Shown here piece by piece: positions 48,300 to 63,700 of a stretch of 64,000 nucleotides of DNA. The notes beneath the pieces were generated by a model. That model searched no databases, had not been told where the DNA came from, and worked only from the letters and a program-made list of their open reading frames with translations. Every line of letters begins with the position of its first letter. Positions within the stretch are counted from its first letter, which is position 1. The translations under genes and the position numbers were made by a program. The DNA is from Marsupella aquatica (taxonomy: Eukaryota; Plantae; Marchantiophyta), in assembly GCA_973895155.1 (NCBI GenBank), contig OZ316898.1, forward strand, positions 9,411,079 to 9,475,078. The letters run 5' to 3'.

Positions 48300-51200
48300 A
48301 CAGTAATGAAGCATGTAGTTTAGCATACAGTTTAAAAGGCAACTCAGAATAGTAGTAGCCAGAGAACTCAAGTGTAGACAAGTCTTATCGTCTAAGTTAG
48401 TTAGTTGGTTAGTTTATTTAAGATATAATATTAGTTAGTGGGGCCTTAGTTTGGTGATATTAAGGCATGATATTATTGACATTCAAATGAATGTCCAGTA
48501 GACATTGTAATATACAACAATCCTATTAATTGTTGTAAAGGGTGGTCAATCTTTTTTGTATTCAACCCTATAGTAATTAAATAGACAATTGAAACAATGA
48601 ATGACAGTTTAATTAAGGATTTGTGCATGGATCAAGAGGTACTTGATGTCATTTAGTGATGCATTGTTATAAAGATCTTGCAACAAAACATTTGAAGTTT
48701 TTGACTATCCCACCAAATGTTAAAGAGGTTGATCATTCATTAACTTATAATATTTAGATAAAATTGGAATTAATCTAATACTTCAATATTCCTTAAATTG
48801 GGGTTAAACACAATTGAGTGACAAGAACATATATGTTTCTTTTAGTTTTTAATTTTTAGAGAAAGAAATAGTTTAGACAATGTTTTATTTCAATAGTTTT
48901 ACAAAATCTTCAATGTTTTTTTCCAGTTGTTTAAATTTAAAGAATTTGAATGTGAATTTATGAATTTCTAATTAATATTTTTGAATCTTGAGCAGTTGAC
49001 AGCAAGCTAAAGGGCAGCTTGGGCAGACATTTGTTTTAGATGGGGTCTATGGATAGATCTGATGGTGTAAAAAACAATATTTCAATGATGAAGGGTCATG
49101 ATTGGTTCCTGCTTTTTCTTTTTGCTTGGTAAACCGTCAACACCAAATTCACTTTGGCTTATTCCTTCCACTTTTTCAGGTTTTCATTTTTTCACTCAAA
49201 TCAGCAGGCCAAATTTGAATGAAGACCACTGCATTCTTTGGGGCGCAACCTTGAATTCTAAATTTGTATTTTTAGATGCATCTTTTGGTGCAAGATACAC
49301 ATTTTTGAGCCATAGACTACCTTCTATGGTGAACTGCTAGGATGACACTGATACTCAAAATTTCCTGAACATGTGATGTGTTCTTTAATATACTTGACTG
49401 TAGTTTAGATGGAATAAGTACAATGGGTTACCCAAAGTACTGTATATTGAAACTCCTGGTTTCAATGGTAGAGGAACTCTACCTATGCATTATCCAGTTG
49501 CCCGAAAAATGCCCAGCCCAAAAAATCTTGCAATAAAAAAATTGCAGGGGTAAAACTTGTATAAGTGTTTTGACCCCCACAGAAAAATAGAGAGTTTACT
49601 ATAAGGTCAGGTTTATAGAGAAAGTAAGAAAAATTAATAAAAGGGTGTAGATTGGCTCTCAATAGAAGATATATGTCCATTGTGATAAGTAAATACAAAA
49701 TGACACCACAACCTCATGAACTTGCACGTCAATGTTACAGTACATCAACCACTTGGTAAGCGCAAAATTTGACACCTGAATCTATACATAAAAGTGGATT
49801 TGGGGAGGGTGTGAGATCCATAATTCATGGTGACAGAGTGGTGGTGGTCATATATATTTGAATTTATATACTTTTAATGCATATGTTATCATACAGGCTG
49901 GAAAATGAACGAGAAATGAATCATGGTTATTTTCCTATGTTTCCTCATCAAACACTATCAATCTACTTATCTTTTTTGAAGGGAAGGACCATCACAAAAA
50001 CCCAAAACTTAGTTCCATTTGGAACAACCTGGGCGAGAAAAACCACTCTCCACTCTGAGGATTCCCATTCACATACAATGGGCAGCAATAAACCAGTTTC
50101 CAAGAAAGGCTTTTCCAAATTTTCTTTGGTGCTCCACCATTCTTTGGAGCACTTGGTCCCGGATCATCCACCCAAATTGCACACCAGACCATGCAATTAA
50201 ACCAGTGATTGACCACTCACACCACATAACAACTTCATATGGGCAGTACCATCAGAGGGGCCGTCCAGTGGTGCTCCAACCCGGACCCCCATTACCTCTT
50301 GCCCCAAAAGATGCTGGACTTAAATTTTTTTTCTGTAGCATCAAGGGCAATTGGTCATCAGTTCTGCCTAAAAGTGAAGGTGAAACTTAGAAGTCCCTCC
50401 CTAGCACCGCACCCAGTGTGAGATTGGAGGTGAAACTCATTTTGATGTTGGCAAGGTTGCTGAGCATATGTTACCTTTGGTTTTGTGAGGGATTTCACAC
50501 ACACACAGGACCGAGGGGCAGGCTATTGCAAGATGGAGCTCCGTGCTGGGGGGAGCTCAATGGAAGGCTGTAGTGAGCCCAAGGTGCATCTCACTGCCAG
50601 TTTTTGGGCATTTTTGTTTTTTGAGACGACTTCATAGTAACTCATGTATGGGCTCCAAATGTAATTGAGTCAGTACTACTTGCCCCTAGAGTTTATGGAA
50701 AACTCTCTGATGGTTCAACTCTAGATTCCCCCCCCCCCAAAAAAAAAACCTTGAGATTCTCTCCACCAGACTGAGTCAAGCTTCATGCATGAGGATTGGG
50801 GATTGCAAAAGATTCCAAACGCCTAGAGGTTATTGTCTCCATGCAAGGAGCTGTACCTTAGAAACTCCTGACGTATGATTTGCCATTATGTTCATGGTCC
50901 CATGCTACAAAAAACATATATCTAACCTTTTGGTAGGGACACAGATATTAGAGATTGATGCCAAAGTCGCCATTCAGGTGAGCTGATTTTGTGACATGGG
51001 ACCCGTAGATATATATGACCCTCTCAATGAATAAAAAGAGTAAAACCTGGAGTAAGGATCCCAAATGCAATAGACCAATCATAACCGTGTGATGCAAGAG
51101 TAACTATTATTAATTTTGGTGCCATGCTTATTTTGGAGCTCTACCAGGCGTTTCGGTTTGTGGCTCAGTAGGGCTTTAGTTCTTTTGTTGTTTGGGCTCC

Positions 51201-53290
51201 TAACGGTTTTACTCTTTGGCCTTTTGGCTCTTGGGGTTTTCCAGTTGTATCCTTCATTACCCCATTGGGTTTTTAGCCTTGGGATCATGTCTCCCAGTAA
51301 GGTGTTTTGTTCCCTTGAGGTTATATAATAATGATAGTATATTAGGCTTTTTAGTTTATTGCTCAGTAGAGCTCTAGTCCTTGTTCTTTGGCTGTTGTTT
51401 GGGACTCTTGAGCTTTTTGGCTCCTAGGTGTCAAGATTTTCCCCTTTGGCCCCCCCCCCTTATTGGGTTTCTAGCAGGCCTTTGGGTTCTTGTCTCCATG
51501 TATAGCTCCTTTTGAGTATTTTATTTGTCATGATGTCATGATTATAAGAGAGAACTAAGTATGCATGGTTACACAAAAAAGTATAATATTCCATTGATGC
51601 AGTAGCCCCCCCATGATTGGCCCCTTCCATAAGGAGACCTCCTCCAAGTCATCAAAAGAACCTTTAACATTTTCAAGGCTAGTCTTTAGGCTTCCCTAGG
51701 GAAAGGAATGTAAAGCCCAGATATATGGACATTTTCAAAGCTAGTCTTCAGGCTTCTATAGGGAAAGGAATTGGAAGCCCAGATGGACCATAATATTAAC
51801 CGGGATGGACTGCAGTGGACTCCAGGTTCTGGTCCCTCATTCCCCAACTTTTCAGCTGGAGGTACGAATGAGCCTCCACATGTCGCACCAGTTACATGTC
51901 ACCCTGGTCAATCCACCCCACATAAAAATTGGGGCGAGCTGATACTTGAATTAGTTTTTTGGGACAGGTTATCAATTTGATTATTTGGGGGGACAGGAAA
52001 GTAAAACTGTATGATGGTGAGTCAATTCCAGTCACAATGTTCCACATATCTCACCTAAGTTGGCTCTCAAGGCGAGTTTTAAACTTCATTGCATGCTACA
52101 GACAGTGATTATCTCCTATTCAGGGACAACCTTCACAAATTTTGATGGCTGGTCTGCACAGACAATTTCGCTTACTCCTCCACAAACTATCTAAGCTCCA
52201 TGTCTATAATCAGACCATGAGTGGTCGACATATCCACCTTAGACTTGCCAAACCTGTCTCCAAGTATCACATGCTCGGAGAGAAGGGATGGTGAAGCGTA
52301 GAAGGGATTTGATGGATTGCATCAGTTGATTGAAGCTGACGGATGTTCTCTCCATGGTGGGTCGTGAGGTCCTTGTCACACTGGCCACCCTTGGTCAGGG
52401 AGCTGTGTTGCCGAAGGCGGTTGAATGTCTCTCGTGGCCAATGCAGTTGACTACCATTTGGATTAGTTGTGGAAGTTCTATATACATCAACCCGTGTTAC
52501 AGATTTTGAGTGAAAACTTGGTTGTTGGATTTCAGACTTTGGTTCTGTCATCGATCAAGACCTGTCTCCTACTGTATACATTGTTTCTTTGGGAGCGGGA
52601 GTGACGCTAGCACATTTCTTAGCATTCCATTTCTCTCATATTTCAAGAGATACACAGGCAAAGATACCTGTCGTATCTTTTATTTAGCAAGGTGATCTCA
52701 AAGCTTGCGATCTCTACATAGAACTGTATCTACAAGTATTCCCACTGTGCAAGGAGAACTCGCAATCATGGCAAAGAGACGTCAATCTCCGGCCCCAATG
52801 GTGGGAGTCAGAACTCACCTTTGCACTGCTGGTGTCAAATGTTTTTCGTTGGTAAACAGAGATTCCATCAAACAAAAAGTAGAGTTGGGCATTACCTAAA
52901 TTAAATGGACAGGAATGGGGAGTGCATCACCTTCCTGCTTCACCTGTAAATTTAAAGCAACTCTTGACAACCGTAGTGCAGAAACCTGTGATTGTTGAGT
53001 TAATTCTCTCCATGTAAGTGTCTAATCCCGGTTCATGCATCTTCGGTAGCTAGGGCGGTGGGCCCAAATTTAGGCCAAATTTGCTAGAGCCTAGCTCCTG
53101 TATGACAAAGCTAAAAATTTACAAAAGGCTATTTGGAAAAGGAAAACACATTATCTGCTACAACAGGCTGTTTAAATGAAGTATCAATAAATGCTACAAA
53201 GAATTCTTTCCAAGAGGCCGAGAACTCTGCTGAGAGTCATGCTCTGCTAGTGGGTCGATCCACATGGAGCTGTAAGTCCCAAGGGTTGAT

Positions 53291-56200
53291 CTATGAAGAA
53301 CAGTGATCTGATGAGGAGCCTGATTTTCGCGAGAGTGAAAGATGGCCAAGGTATGTCTCAGCTGTTGAAGCTAGTAGTGCTGCTCCGTGAGGCAATGCAT
53401 TGTCATCAAACACATAACGAGCGGTATGGCCTGAATATATAGATCCAGCGGTCTCATTTCTCATCCCTAGAACCATATAGTAACCTGGGATGTGTTGCAT
53501 GTAGAAGGCGAAGTCCTCAGCACCCATGACAGGAAGGGCTGCCAGCACTTTGTCTTTACCAAATAGCTTAGTGGCCATTGGATAGACATGATCGTGCAAG
53601 TTGTTGTCGTTGATGGTGGCTGGGTAGAATGGGTGAGAATCCTCATTAAAATTGACCGAAGCTTGACAGCGATGCACAGCTGCCTGGTTCACAACAACCT
53701 GTGGGAAGTATGAGCCAGGTCAGAAAATTCCGCAGATTTAATGCTACCTACTGATTGCGGAGTTCTGCATTTCAAATTCAGATATCTATAGACCAAATCC
53801 TTCTTACTTACAAGCACTTTTCCAGAGTCCTCCCAACTTTTCGGTCTAACAGACATTTGTAATTCCTTAAGCCAGAAAAAATCCAAAAAATCGTCACTAT
53901 ATCAGCCCAATTCAGTATCTACACAACATCAACCTATCATTTGACAGTTAGGCGGACGAGGCGACCATGTCAAAATGATCATCGCCTATGGGTATGTTCC
54001 TGTTTGGCAGAGAACTCATGAGAAGATCATTGCTGAAGACAAGACTTTCTCAAATGATTGCCCTATAAAGAGGACGAACAAATAGATATCGCTCTTTTGA
54101 GAACCAGGTATGTAGCTTAATTTGACCCCAACTATGACAGCAAGGTAAAACATAAAGGTTTCTGATCTGTTTCTCCTAGCATCCCTCAAACAACAGGATA
54201 TGGATGTGGGAAGTTGTCTTTCAAAGAAAGAAAGTCCTTCTAGTCGACGGCTGCTTAACCAACAATGTCATGGACCCACAAGGAACGACCCTCTCACAAT
54301 GCTAAAGAGTACTCACCTCTTCAATCCTTTGCTTTAGCCTGCTGAAACTTTCGCTGGAGAAGGCCCTGAATGTACCAGCCATTCTCACCGTTTCAGGGAC
54401 AATGTTGAAAGCTTTGCCTGCTTGCAAAATTGAGACCGATACCACCTGCATGGCACCCGGCCTCAAATTAATTCAACACAATCTTGTTCCTGCCTCGTTG
54501 AACCCTATGGAACACGGCACAAACGTTGTGGGTCTTACGAAAAGGATGAATTCAGGTATGGCATTTATAATGAAGTGTGGTGGGTACCTGTGAGTCAAGA
54601 GGGTCAGCTTCACGGGAGACGAGTTGTTGTAAGACCAAAACAGTGGCAGCAGCAGCCACAATGGGATCGACAAGGGTTTGAGGCATGGCGGCATGTCCGC
54701 CTTTGCCATGGATGGTCGCTTCCCAAAATCCACTGGCTGCCATGAGCGGTCCTGGTTTGAGGGCCACTGTCCCTGTGGATATATATGGGGAAACGTGCAG
54801 CCCAAAAATGGCTTCAGCATTCCCAAGGGCACCTTCTTCCACCATCACCTTTGCCCCTGCACCACCCTCCTCAGCTGGTTGGAAGAGCAGTCTCACTGTT
54901 CCCTGTAACGCCAGAAGACCCATCAATTAATCACACCTTGAATGACGACCATAATCAATCGGTTATAGCGCGTAACCTATTTGCTATGATCTAGTTTAAG
55001 GTTTAGACCAGTTCATGACAGCGAAAGATTGAAGTAACTAAAGATAGAGGGTTTGCATGACGATATTGCCATCAGTATGGCCAGGGACGTAGTAGAGCTG
55101 CATAGAAGAAAAAGAGCTAGGTTGTCAGATTCTGTAGCTCCACATATTTGATGTTCGAACTTCTGGTGGTGAGTGGGTGTTTGTGTTGACGGAGTTCTCA
55201 CCTGAAGAAGATTACGTCGAGATTGCAGAATTTTAGCCGCTGCGAGGAGCATGGTGACATGTGCATCATGCCCACAAGCGTGCATCTTCGTGGATGCTTT
55301 GCTTTTGTGCTTTGAGTCGCCTGTTTCCTGCAGTTGTGAGCCAAACCCGAACGCTGAGAAAGTGTTTTTTTGGATTACTTGTGCTGGTATTGTTGGGTGG
55401 ACTTCATAAGCAACCACGAAAGAGAGAAAGATCAATTCAATTTTAACCACAAAGGACAACCAAGTGGAGCCAGCCATAGGAAAGACAAGCCGGTAGGGTC
55501 CAAGAACTGAGGAAAATCACGTGCGAATTGGCAAGGGGAAATTCAAGCCAAGTAAAGTGGAAAGACAAGCCGGTAGGATCCAAGAACTAAGGAAAATCAC
55601 ATGCGAATTGGCAAGGGGAAATTCATGCCAAGTAAAGTGGAAAGACAGAAGCTGATGGAGTAAGGATGAGTGATTTAATCTGAGCATCATCCAGTTCGTG
55701 GTAAGAATGACTGCTCTAAAGTAAGAATCATCCATTTCAGTTGCAAAAGAGAATCGAATCGTGATAATGAGTGCTCTAATCTACGTATCATCCGTAGTAC
55801 AGTGGTGAACGTCCCATTTAGACACCGTAATTAACTCTTCGCCAAATCTGTCCCTGTGTTGCAGTAGGGTCGGTGGACAGGAAATCAAATTCATTCATTC
55901 TGTACGTGATAGAAGGTTTCGACTACTTTATCATAGCGTTGGGGAAATGACGTTAAGGATAGTAGAAGAAGCCTGACCTGAATAGGCAGGGCATCCATGT
56001 CAGCTCGGAGAGCTATGACGGGTGCATTGCCGCTGCCAAGGATTCCAACCACACCAGTTTTCGCCACAGGATACTCATAAGGAATGTGCAATTCGTCCAG
56101 CTCCTTCCGAATGAAAGCGCTAGTCTCGAATTCCTCCCATGACAACTCGGGGTACTGGTGAAGGTGCCGCCTCGTGCTTGTCATCCACTTCACCATCTTC

Positions 56201-56499
56201 TCATCCAGTGCTGCTGCCTTAATGTTCGGAATTGCTTCTGCTATTCCACCTCTCCTTCCAGTTACATGTGCCTCTGCTGTTCTAGTTGCTACACCAAATC
56301 TTCCTGGTAGTTCCCCACTTCCGTTGGCATTCACCTCGTCCTCGCCCAGGCTGGACTCCATATTAATGGTTTCACAATCATCATGGGTCGTAGAGGCAAT
56401 GCAGCAGAAGCAGACGGAGAGTTGAAGCAGAATCAGAAGGACAGGACTCAACGATCGTCCCCACCAATTCTGTCTTAAATTCTGGAAGATATCCGCCAT
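53291..56499 (-). CDS. IAA-amino acid hydrolase ILR1-like, M20 amidohydrolase (499 aa, 5 exons)
   Basis: Exons 56499-55978, 55327-55202, 54902-54588, 54445-54317 and 53698-53291; GT-AG and in frame. Motifs [40 protein letters not shown] and MGAEDF; hydrophobic N-terminus. Confidence 0.95.
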
Positions 56500-59047
56500 G
56501 GCAAATGTCCTACAGTCTGCTCATCTCCCCTACGTCAACAACCGCTATGATGATGATGAGCTCACCCAAAATCGGGGGAACTTCTTCATGCTGTCCGCAC
56601 CAAATACTGAGTCTAAGTAAGGCTTTGTGTGGACAAATCCAGCCCAATTGATTGTCCCTGTTCCCTGTTCTCCCTGCCCCCTTGCAACAGAAGAATTCCC
56701 ACACCTGGAAATTGTAAGATTAAAATCTTGGCTGGTTTCTGCCCTCTTGCACAGGGTTCAAAGAGGTAGGAACAACATTAGCTTTTCAAATTTTGCAGCA
56801 TCCAAGAGGTCACCCACATCGTAGACCATGGATGCGCAAATGGCTGATTGGATGGACCGGACGCCGAGGCACAGTGTATTACAAAGTCAATACATATGTC
56901 TCAGTCTATGATCGCAGGCCATGGCGAAAATTCTCAGATCATGATCCTGTAAATTCAAATCCTGCCCGTCTACCGCGCTTTGGAATGAATGGCCGATTGA
57001 ACTGTGGGGCCTGATTACGATCTTACGAGATTGACAGGGAAGGAAGCTTATAAGCCTGGGCACATGTATACGTATGATACGATTGCTGGTCTTGCGACCG
57101 AGAGGGAGAGGAGGAAAAGCATCCTCCTAAGATACAGAAAATTCAGTGTCTTGAATTGTGAGTAATGATGACGATCTAACCGAAAGGGAGGGAAGGAGAG
57201 ACATCCTCGGTGGCTGGAGTCCATTGATCCATCCGGGTCTTTTACGAGACCCCCTGAAGAAAAATTGAAAGAAAAGTGAAACATTGGCTATATGCCAGTT
57301 GGGGCACGGAGAAGCATCAGGCAGGTACGAAAACGTGCAGGTGCTGCAGCTGGCTCACGGGCAATGGAGGCAGAGGCAGACCAAGCCAGACAAGATGGAT
57401 TCGGGATATCAAAAGTGTCCCCACTACCCAAGCGAGCGGTGCTAAGCTGAGAGAGAAGCGTCTGCTGACGAAAGGATGATAACATGATGAGCTGGGCTGG
57501 GACCCCAGAGTGAGCTGTGAGATCAGCTGAGCTCATGTTCAGTCAATCTTTTCTCTCCATCCCTCCGCAACATTTTGGGCCTCCTGTACAGACAGTCAGA
57601 CTGCTTTACACTGTTGAAAGATCATGAACTCTTTTGCCAGGAAAAGCGACTACGAAATTTGAATATATTGAGAGTAGAGTTTCCTGCTGGGGAGGCAGGC
57701 AGAGTTAGACGAGGCTAAACAAACTGAAGAACGAGGATCCGGAATCCAGATGACGCAACTTATTTAAATTCCAGCACGGTAGCTGCATGGGCATCAAAAA
57801 GGACGAAAGAGAAAAGTAGCCCGTGGCCCACAAATGTACAGACCAATAACTCACACGCCACATTCGAGATCTGACTGTCACGCAGTCCCGTACCTTTCAT
57901 TTATAAGGTCTCCTTTTCCCGACTACCTTCAAGCGAAAGAGTACTTAATTGAAAGACATGGGGAGTTTATCTCATCTTTTGTCCTATTGCCGCAGTTTTC
58001 TGTCCCATTATGTTTGCGTTATAAAGCGGTTGCACCTAAGATTTCAACGAGGGTTGTTTGTGTTCTGGGGTTGCCAAGTGTAAGTCCGACGGTCCCATGC
58101 ACTTCTGAATTTCGTTCCAATGTCCAAACGGCATTACAAATGGGGCCAAAATTTTCTCAAGCGCAAAGACGCTAATATTGAATGGCATTGTGGTCATAGA
58201 GGTGACGATGTGGACAATGGTGCTAATGATGGGCATGCTTGGTGGCGGCCATTGGCTTCTGGGACAGAGGCTGAGGTTTTGTTCAATAAAGGAACATGTA
58301 AAAACACAAACTCAAACTATGAACGAAACGAATGTCTCCAGTTTTATATAGCACGAAGGAGAGTTGTAGAATACCCCCACAATCGTTGTCAAATGTAACG
58401 AATTACAGAAAGAATATAAAATCCATTGAGGAACACTTTAGATACCCGCAAGAAGGGGAAGGAATTCAATTGAATCCAACTTCACTTTATCTTCGCTCGA
58501 AAAACGATAAGAATGTACAGTAAACTACCTTCTGCTTGACGGTGCTTTATGAGGAAAAGCTTGATGGCCACCAATTTTGGGTCAAGGCGTGGTAGATGTC
58601 GTGAATACTACATTTTCCCTTTCAGCTTAGACTGCCACGACATTAAGCAAACTGTTACATTTTGTTACTGCGTACAGTAGATGTAAGCCACAAAGTTTTG
58701 GTAGTTGTTGCAAGTGTATGGTTCGGCTAAAGAACAATACACATGAAATTCAGACGCACTCATGTCACTAACTCTAAACTCCTTGTAGCACATGGCAAAG
58801 GAACCAAAATCTTTACATATTCTGTACATTCACTGCTATATGGCGTCCACTCGAGTCTTGCGATGATTGTTGAAAGGTTATCAATTGTCCATTATCCATA
58901 GTCACTAGCAATACAATCGGAGAAAACGAGTTTCTAAGTACGTTTCATTAACTAGATCATGATCGACTTGTACAAGGGATCTATTCTTCTGCTGTTTCTA
59001 AACAGGTGTCTCGGGCGTTTCTCACAGTGACCTGACAAGCTGATGGG

Positions 59048-60993
59048 TCAAATAGACAGAGTTGTAGCGTTCGTTTCCTTGTGAATCCGCCATTTGAGAA
59101 TTGCCCAGATACTTGCAGAAGCCATCTCTTTTGTTTTAACCTTCCAGTTGAGGATAGCCCATCCACGGTTTAGAGCAATTGACTGAAGGCGGGCATCTGG
59201 ATTCACTGCATGTGGCCTCCCAACCTGCCAATATATTGAAGACATGGTCAAAACCCTTCTCGGAGCAGACAACAGTGCTGGTTCCATGACCTCAAAATCC
59301 ACTGGCTATCTAATCTTCAATGAGACGACAAGAGATGTAGTAATTTATTACGGTATTGACTCACAATTTCTAGCATTGGAATGTCTGCAATGCTGTCTCC
59401 AAAGGCTAAGCTGTCTCTCAATGAAACGCCATGTCTCGTAGCATAGTCCCAAATACGTTCAGCCTTCTCGCTGTTGCTGTTTGCCATCCCGTGGAGCCCT
59501 CCAGTAAATCTTGAGGGGGACATTCCAGACAAGTTTCACACTACCTATAAGGCACAACTTGAGATAGACGAGGAAAGCAACGTTCTAGGTACTGATGGAC
59601 ATCGCAATGTACAACAGAGTACCAAAAAAATGATGTACACATTGAAATTTTACAACAGAGTACAAAAACACAATACAGAGTCAGAAGAGTGCTTACCTGC
59701 CGTTTTCTTCGACCAACTTGGCCGCATACACAAAATCTGCGACATGAAACATGGGATGCTGGGTCAATAATGAAACCACCAAATTGAATAAGATAGCAGG
59801 TCCTCGACACTGACATGACTGAAAGGTGTGGTGATGTCTGAATACAGTTAGGGTGTAGGCCAGTAACATATGCTTTTTCATCCTCCATTGTGGTGAGGGC
59901 CTTCTGACTTTTACGAGCCAAAGTCTAATATCCCATCATCAAGTTCTACCGCATTGTATCAATTAAAAGTTGCCTCAAATTCGTGCTCCTTGAAATGATC
60001 ATTCTTACCTACACACAAAGGAGGAATGGTTTGTACCTGCACCGAGCTCTTGAGCTAATGGCGCTATGTGAAAGTCAAGAGCACCAGTCACGAAAACTAT
60101 GAGGTACCCCAATTGCTTCAGCTTCAGTATTTGTTCTAAAGCTCCTGCCATAATCCTATTCAATCCATACGTCAGGAAAAAATCCAGCTAGTCCCATCAT
60201 CATCGCGTCTAAAATGGTTTGCAGGCAACACTTATAGCCACAATCGATCATGAGTCTGCAGGAACTGTCTCCATGTTCACCTTTGAAAACTTGGGGATGG
60301 GATTTCGGCTCCAATTCAGCTACAGTAGCAGGATGAGATTTTACCAGCACCTTTGTAGTCGGTCGAGGAGTCCTCGTAGATAAAGAGTGGTCGACAGAGT
60401 ACGAGAACATACCTAGGCTTGTAGTACTTCTCAAATACGAGATTAGCCATCTCACTTTTGCCATCTGTAGGCCGGCCCTTGTAGCTTGAGTAGAAAATTC
60501 GATTAAAAGTTGGGCGATGGACGTGATCAACTATCAAATATACAATGCAGGAGAGGACAAACCACGGCACCCACAAAACCTTCTTGATGAGCGGAAGTTC
60601 AGCCATACGGATACATAAGTAAGCCACGACAACGTTTGTACGGGTGATGGTTCCATCTACATCGAAGAAGGCGGCTTTGAGGGGGTCCCTCCCGGTGTTC
60701 TCGGTTTCATTTACAACATATGAATCCGTGAAAATCTCTCTGCTTTCCGCTGTTGTGACAACAGAGTGCTCATTCGGGTCTGGGACTGTGATCGAGCATC
60801 TGATAGCCAAGCCTCTGCTTTTCCGCTGACGACAGGCAAGTCTTCCTCTGATGAACCCATTCAGGACGAAAAGAGATCCACCATTGAGCGATAATCCTGC
60901 TGGGCTCCCTGATTTTGAACATCCACCAAAGAAACCAAATTCTCGATCGAGTGAGAAAGCAGGAGAGAACCGCGTCTGGAAGACAGATCCCAT
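59048..60993 (-). CDS. HAD-superfamily subfamily IB (SerB-like) hydrolase with probable plastid transit peptide (5 exons)
   Basis: Exons 60993-60413, 60155-60037, 59736-59697, 59509-59365 and 59224-59048. Motifs FFDVDGT, VTG, EKA, GDSIAD and VGRPHAVNPD. Confidence 0.9.
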
Positions 60994-61699
60994 TACTTGT
61001 TGAGAAACCTGCATACATTGAATCAAAAATACTTCAGTCCCTAACGTAGGTCTTGACAGCGCACGAGGGAGAAAATCACTCTAAGCTTTTGCATTCTGCC
61101 ATGAAAATGGTCATTGCGAGTTCCATTCGAATTCAGGTCAGTTAGCAATGGCAGAAGGCAGTCAGCTCCACAAGTCGAGCGATAAAATCCATTCAGAGTC
61201 TACAAAAAATCAATCCTCTAGAGGGTTGTGTACCTTCTAAGGTTCAATGCATCACTGAAGTGAATTGATAGATAGATATAAGTTGTGGGTAAGTTGTGCG
61301 AATCGAGAAGCAGAGATTTGAGTCGAAACTCACAGATTCACGAAGCTTCCCAAGCAGATTGAGTTGGGACTGAGAAAGAAATGGAATCTGTAGCCTCGAG
61401 TTTCGTAAAGTCTTTGAAGCAAACTTTCCTACTTCTAGCCCCATCCACAAAACAGTACATGGACGAAATTCTCCATAGACATGAATTCTTCACGTTGCCA
61501 TCAACAGCTCTGTGGCAGAAAAGATCACAATCCCACATGATTCTTCATAAAACTGTCTCTCCTGAGATTGAGCTTGAGAGGCATTGGACACAAGTCACCC
61601 CTGGGCACTTGAGCTAATCACCATGCCCCAGTCAAGTGCTTCAAATTATACCTTTTGACAAGTTTATGTGGTCGATAATCGAGACCACAACATTTGACA

Positions 61700-61857
61700 G
61701 AGAGATATACTTGATCGACCCCCAAAATGAAAAGCGTGACTCCATTTATCCCATGAGTGATCCAGACCCTTGATGGGCCTTAGATCAATGTATCTAAAAC
61801 CTCATGGGGTCCATCAAGTAACACTTTCAATTTAGGGGTCCATCAAGTTTATCTTTC
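61700..61857. mobile_element. Short palindromic MITE-like element
   Basis: About 40-bp imperfect inverted repeats (cttgatcgacccccaaaatgaaa / tttcaatttaggggtccatcaag). Confidence 0.5.
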
Positions 61858-62959
61858 ACATTTGGAAAGATATTCAAATGGACAACTTGGAAATGTTAAT
61901 TTTACTCAGATAAAGATGTTGCTTGGTTTACAACTGTTCTCAAAGGTCCCCAAAGGTGCATCTCAGCTTCAACTTCCAAATATTCCATTTGAAAGAATAG
62001 TTGATCAATATAATACCTACTATGAACCCAACAAATTGAGTTCTGCCTTAGTGGGAGCTTCATATCAAAATTGAAGTCCGGGTGGATCTCCATATTTGCC
62101 AAAATGCTCAGATAGGGTTTTGCAGCCCGGATGGACTCTAGCAAAACCCTGTTTCTGCTCATATGGTACATATTACACGGTGACTGGTAAGAAAAGAAGA
62201 CAGTCATATTTGGATATTTTCAGGTATCTTAATGCTCAGAGAAATTTGAAAATGTTAGGCTCAGTTGGAAAGATTTCTGACAAACCCCAAAACAGCAGAT
62301 CCATTGGCTAGCAAGGGACATACTGAACGTCATTGTTAGCTGCTCATAAGGGCAAAGTGTGGACAGTGAGTGATAAAGTGATCTTCAGATGTTTTTAAAT
62401 CTCTCATTTATGAAATTTTTAGAGAAAATAGACTGATTGCAAAGATCTTTCAAAGTGATGTCTAATGAGCCCAAGATGAGCCGATCCAGTTGGATATCAA
62501 GGGAGGTATTGAATATCAAACTTTGTTGTTGAAAACGTTTTGGCAACCAGAAGAGTGTCAATGAGTGAAGGTGCTAAAGGTGTCAGTCCATGGGAGCATC
62601 AATTTCTGATATAACACACATGTAAAGTAAGTGAAAATGTGGGACTAAATATAAAACACTTCACAAATTTTGTGAAAAGAAAAGTAAACTCAAAGTATAT
62701 TTGGCATGGGTTGATAGAAAACCCTTGAGAAAGGACAATCTAAAACTGCAATAGGCACTGGAGAAACTATCCTAGCTGGAGCCTTGGGTTGTAGAAGTTG
62801 TCCGTACTCAAAATTAGGGGCCAGGGCAAGGGGGATAGTTTGTAAGTCTTTTTTGTTAAAAAGGGTGTGAAGTAGGAGTTAGAAATATCCATTATTTAAA
62901 TTTCTTAGATGTATTATTATCATTAAATCTCTGTAGGTTTAAGAAAAGCCAATAGATTG

Positions 62960-63700
62960 TGACTAACTGGCCCTGTAAGTTGATGGGAAAGTAGCTACTG
63001 TGACCCAACAAAATCTCACCAAATTTTTGTTTATAGATTTTCTCCAAAGTTACAAAAGTGGACAAAGTGGAATTTGGCAGCATTTTGTCCCTCACTTGGT
63101 GGGAAGTTGGCTACTGTGACCCTTCAAAATCTCACCAAATTTCCCCAAAGTGTCAAAAATTTGTGGGCAAAAAGGAATTTGACAGCATTTTTTCACTAAC
63201 TTGGTGGAAAACGCTCATGTGACCCAAGAAAAGCTGACCAATTTTCTGGAAAGGGGCAAAAGTTTGCAGAGCTAATTGGAACTTGGCGGCATGTTGTCAG
63301 TAACTTGGTGGGAAACTAACTAATGTGACCCAAAAAAATCTCACGGATTTCCCCCAAATTGGCAAAAGTTGGTGGGCAAAGTGGAAGTTGACCAAAATTT
63401 TGTGACTAACTTAGTGGGAAACTGGCGAATGTGACCCAAAAACATTTCACTCATTTTCCCCAAAGCGGCAAAGTTTGTCGGCAAAGTGGAACTTGACCGA
63501 ATTTGTCATTAATTTAGTGTGAAACTGGCCAGTGTGACCCCAAAAAATCTCACTATTTTTACTCAAAGTGGTAAATGTTTGTGGGCAAAGAGGTTTTTGA
63601 CCGAATTTTGTCACTAGTTTAGTGGGAAACTGCAAATGTGACCCCAACAGTTCTGACGAAAAAGTGCCAAACATTTTCTGGACAAAGTGGGATGAAATTT
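62960..63700. repeat. Degenerate tandem repeat, ~105-bp unit x ~7
   Basis: tgtgaccc recurs near 62999, 63115, 63218, 63324, 63430, 63534 and 63637, with gtgggcaaagtggaa and ggtgggaaactg. Confidence 0.8.

Noticed and set aside
20480-52000. TIRs and TSD delimiting the giant element
   Set aside because: Only matches of about 9 bp were found by eye, too short to call termini.
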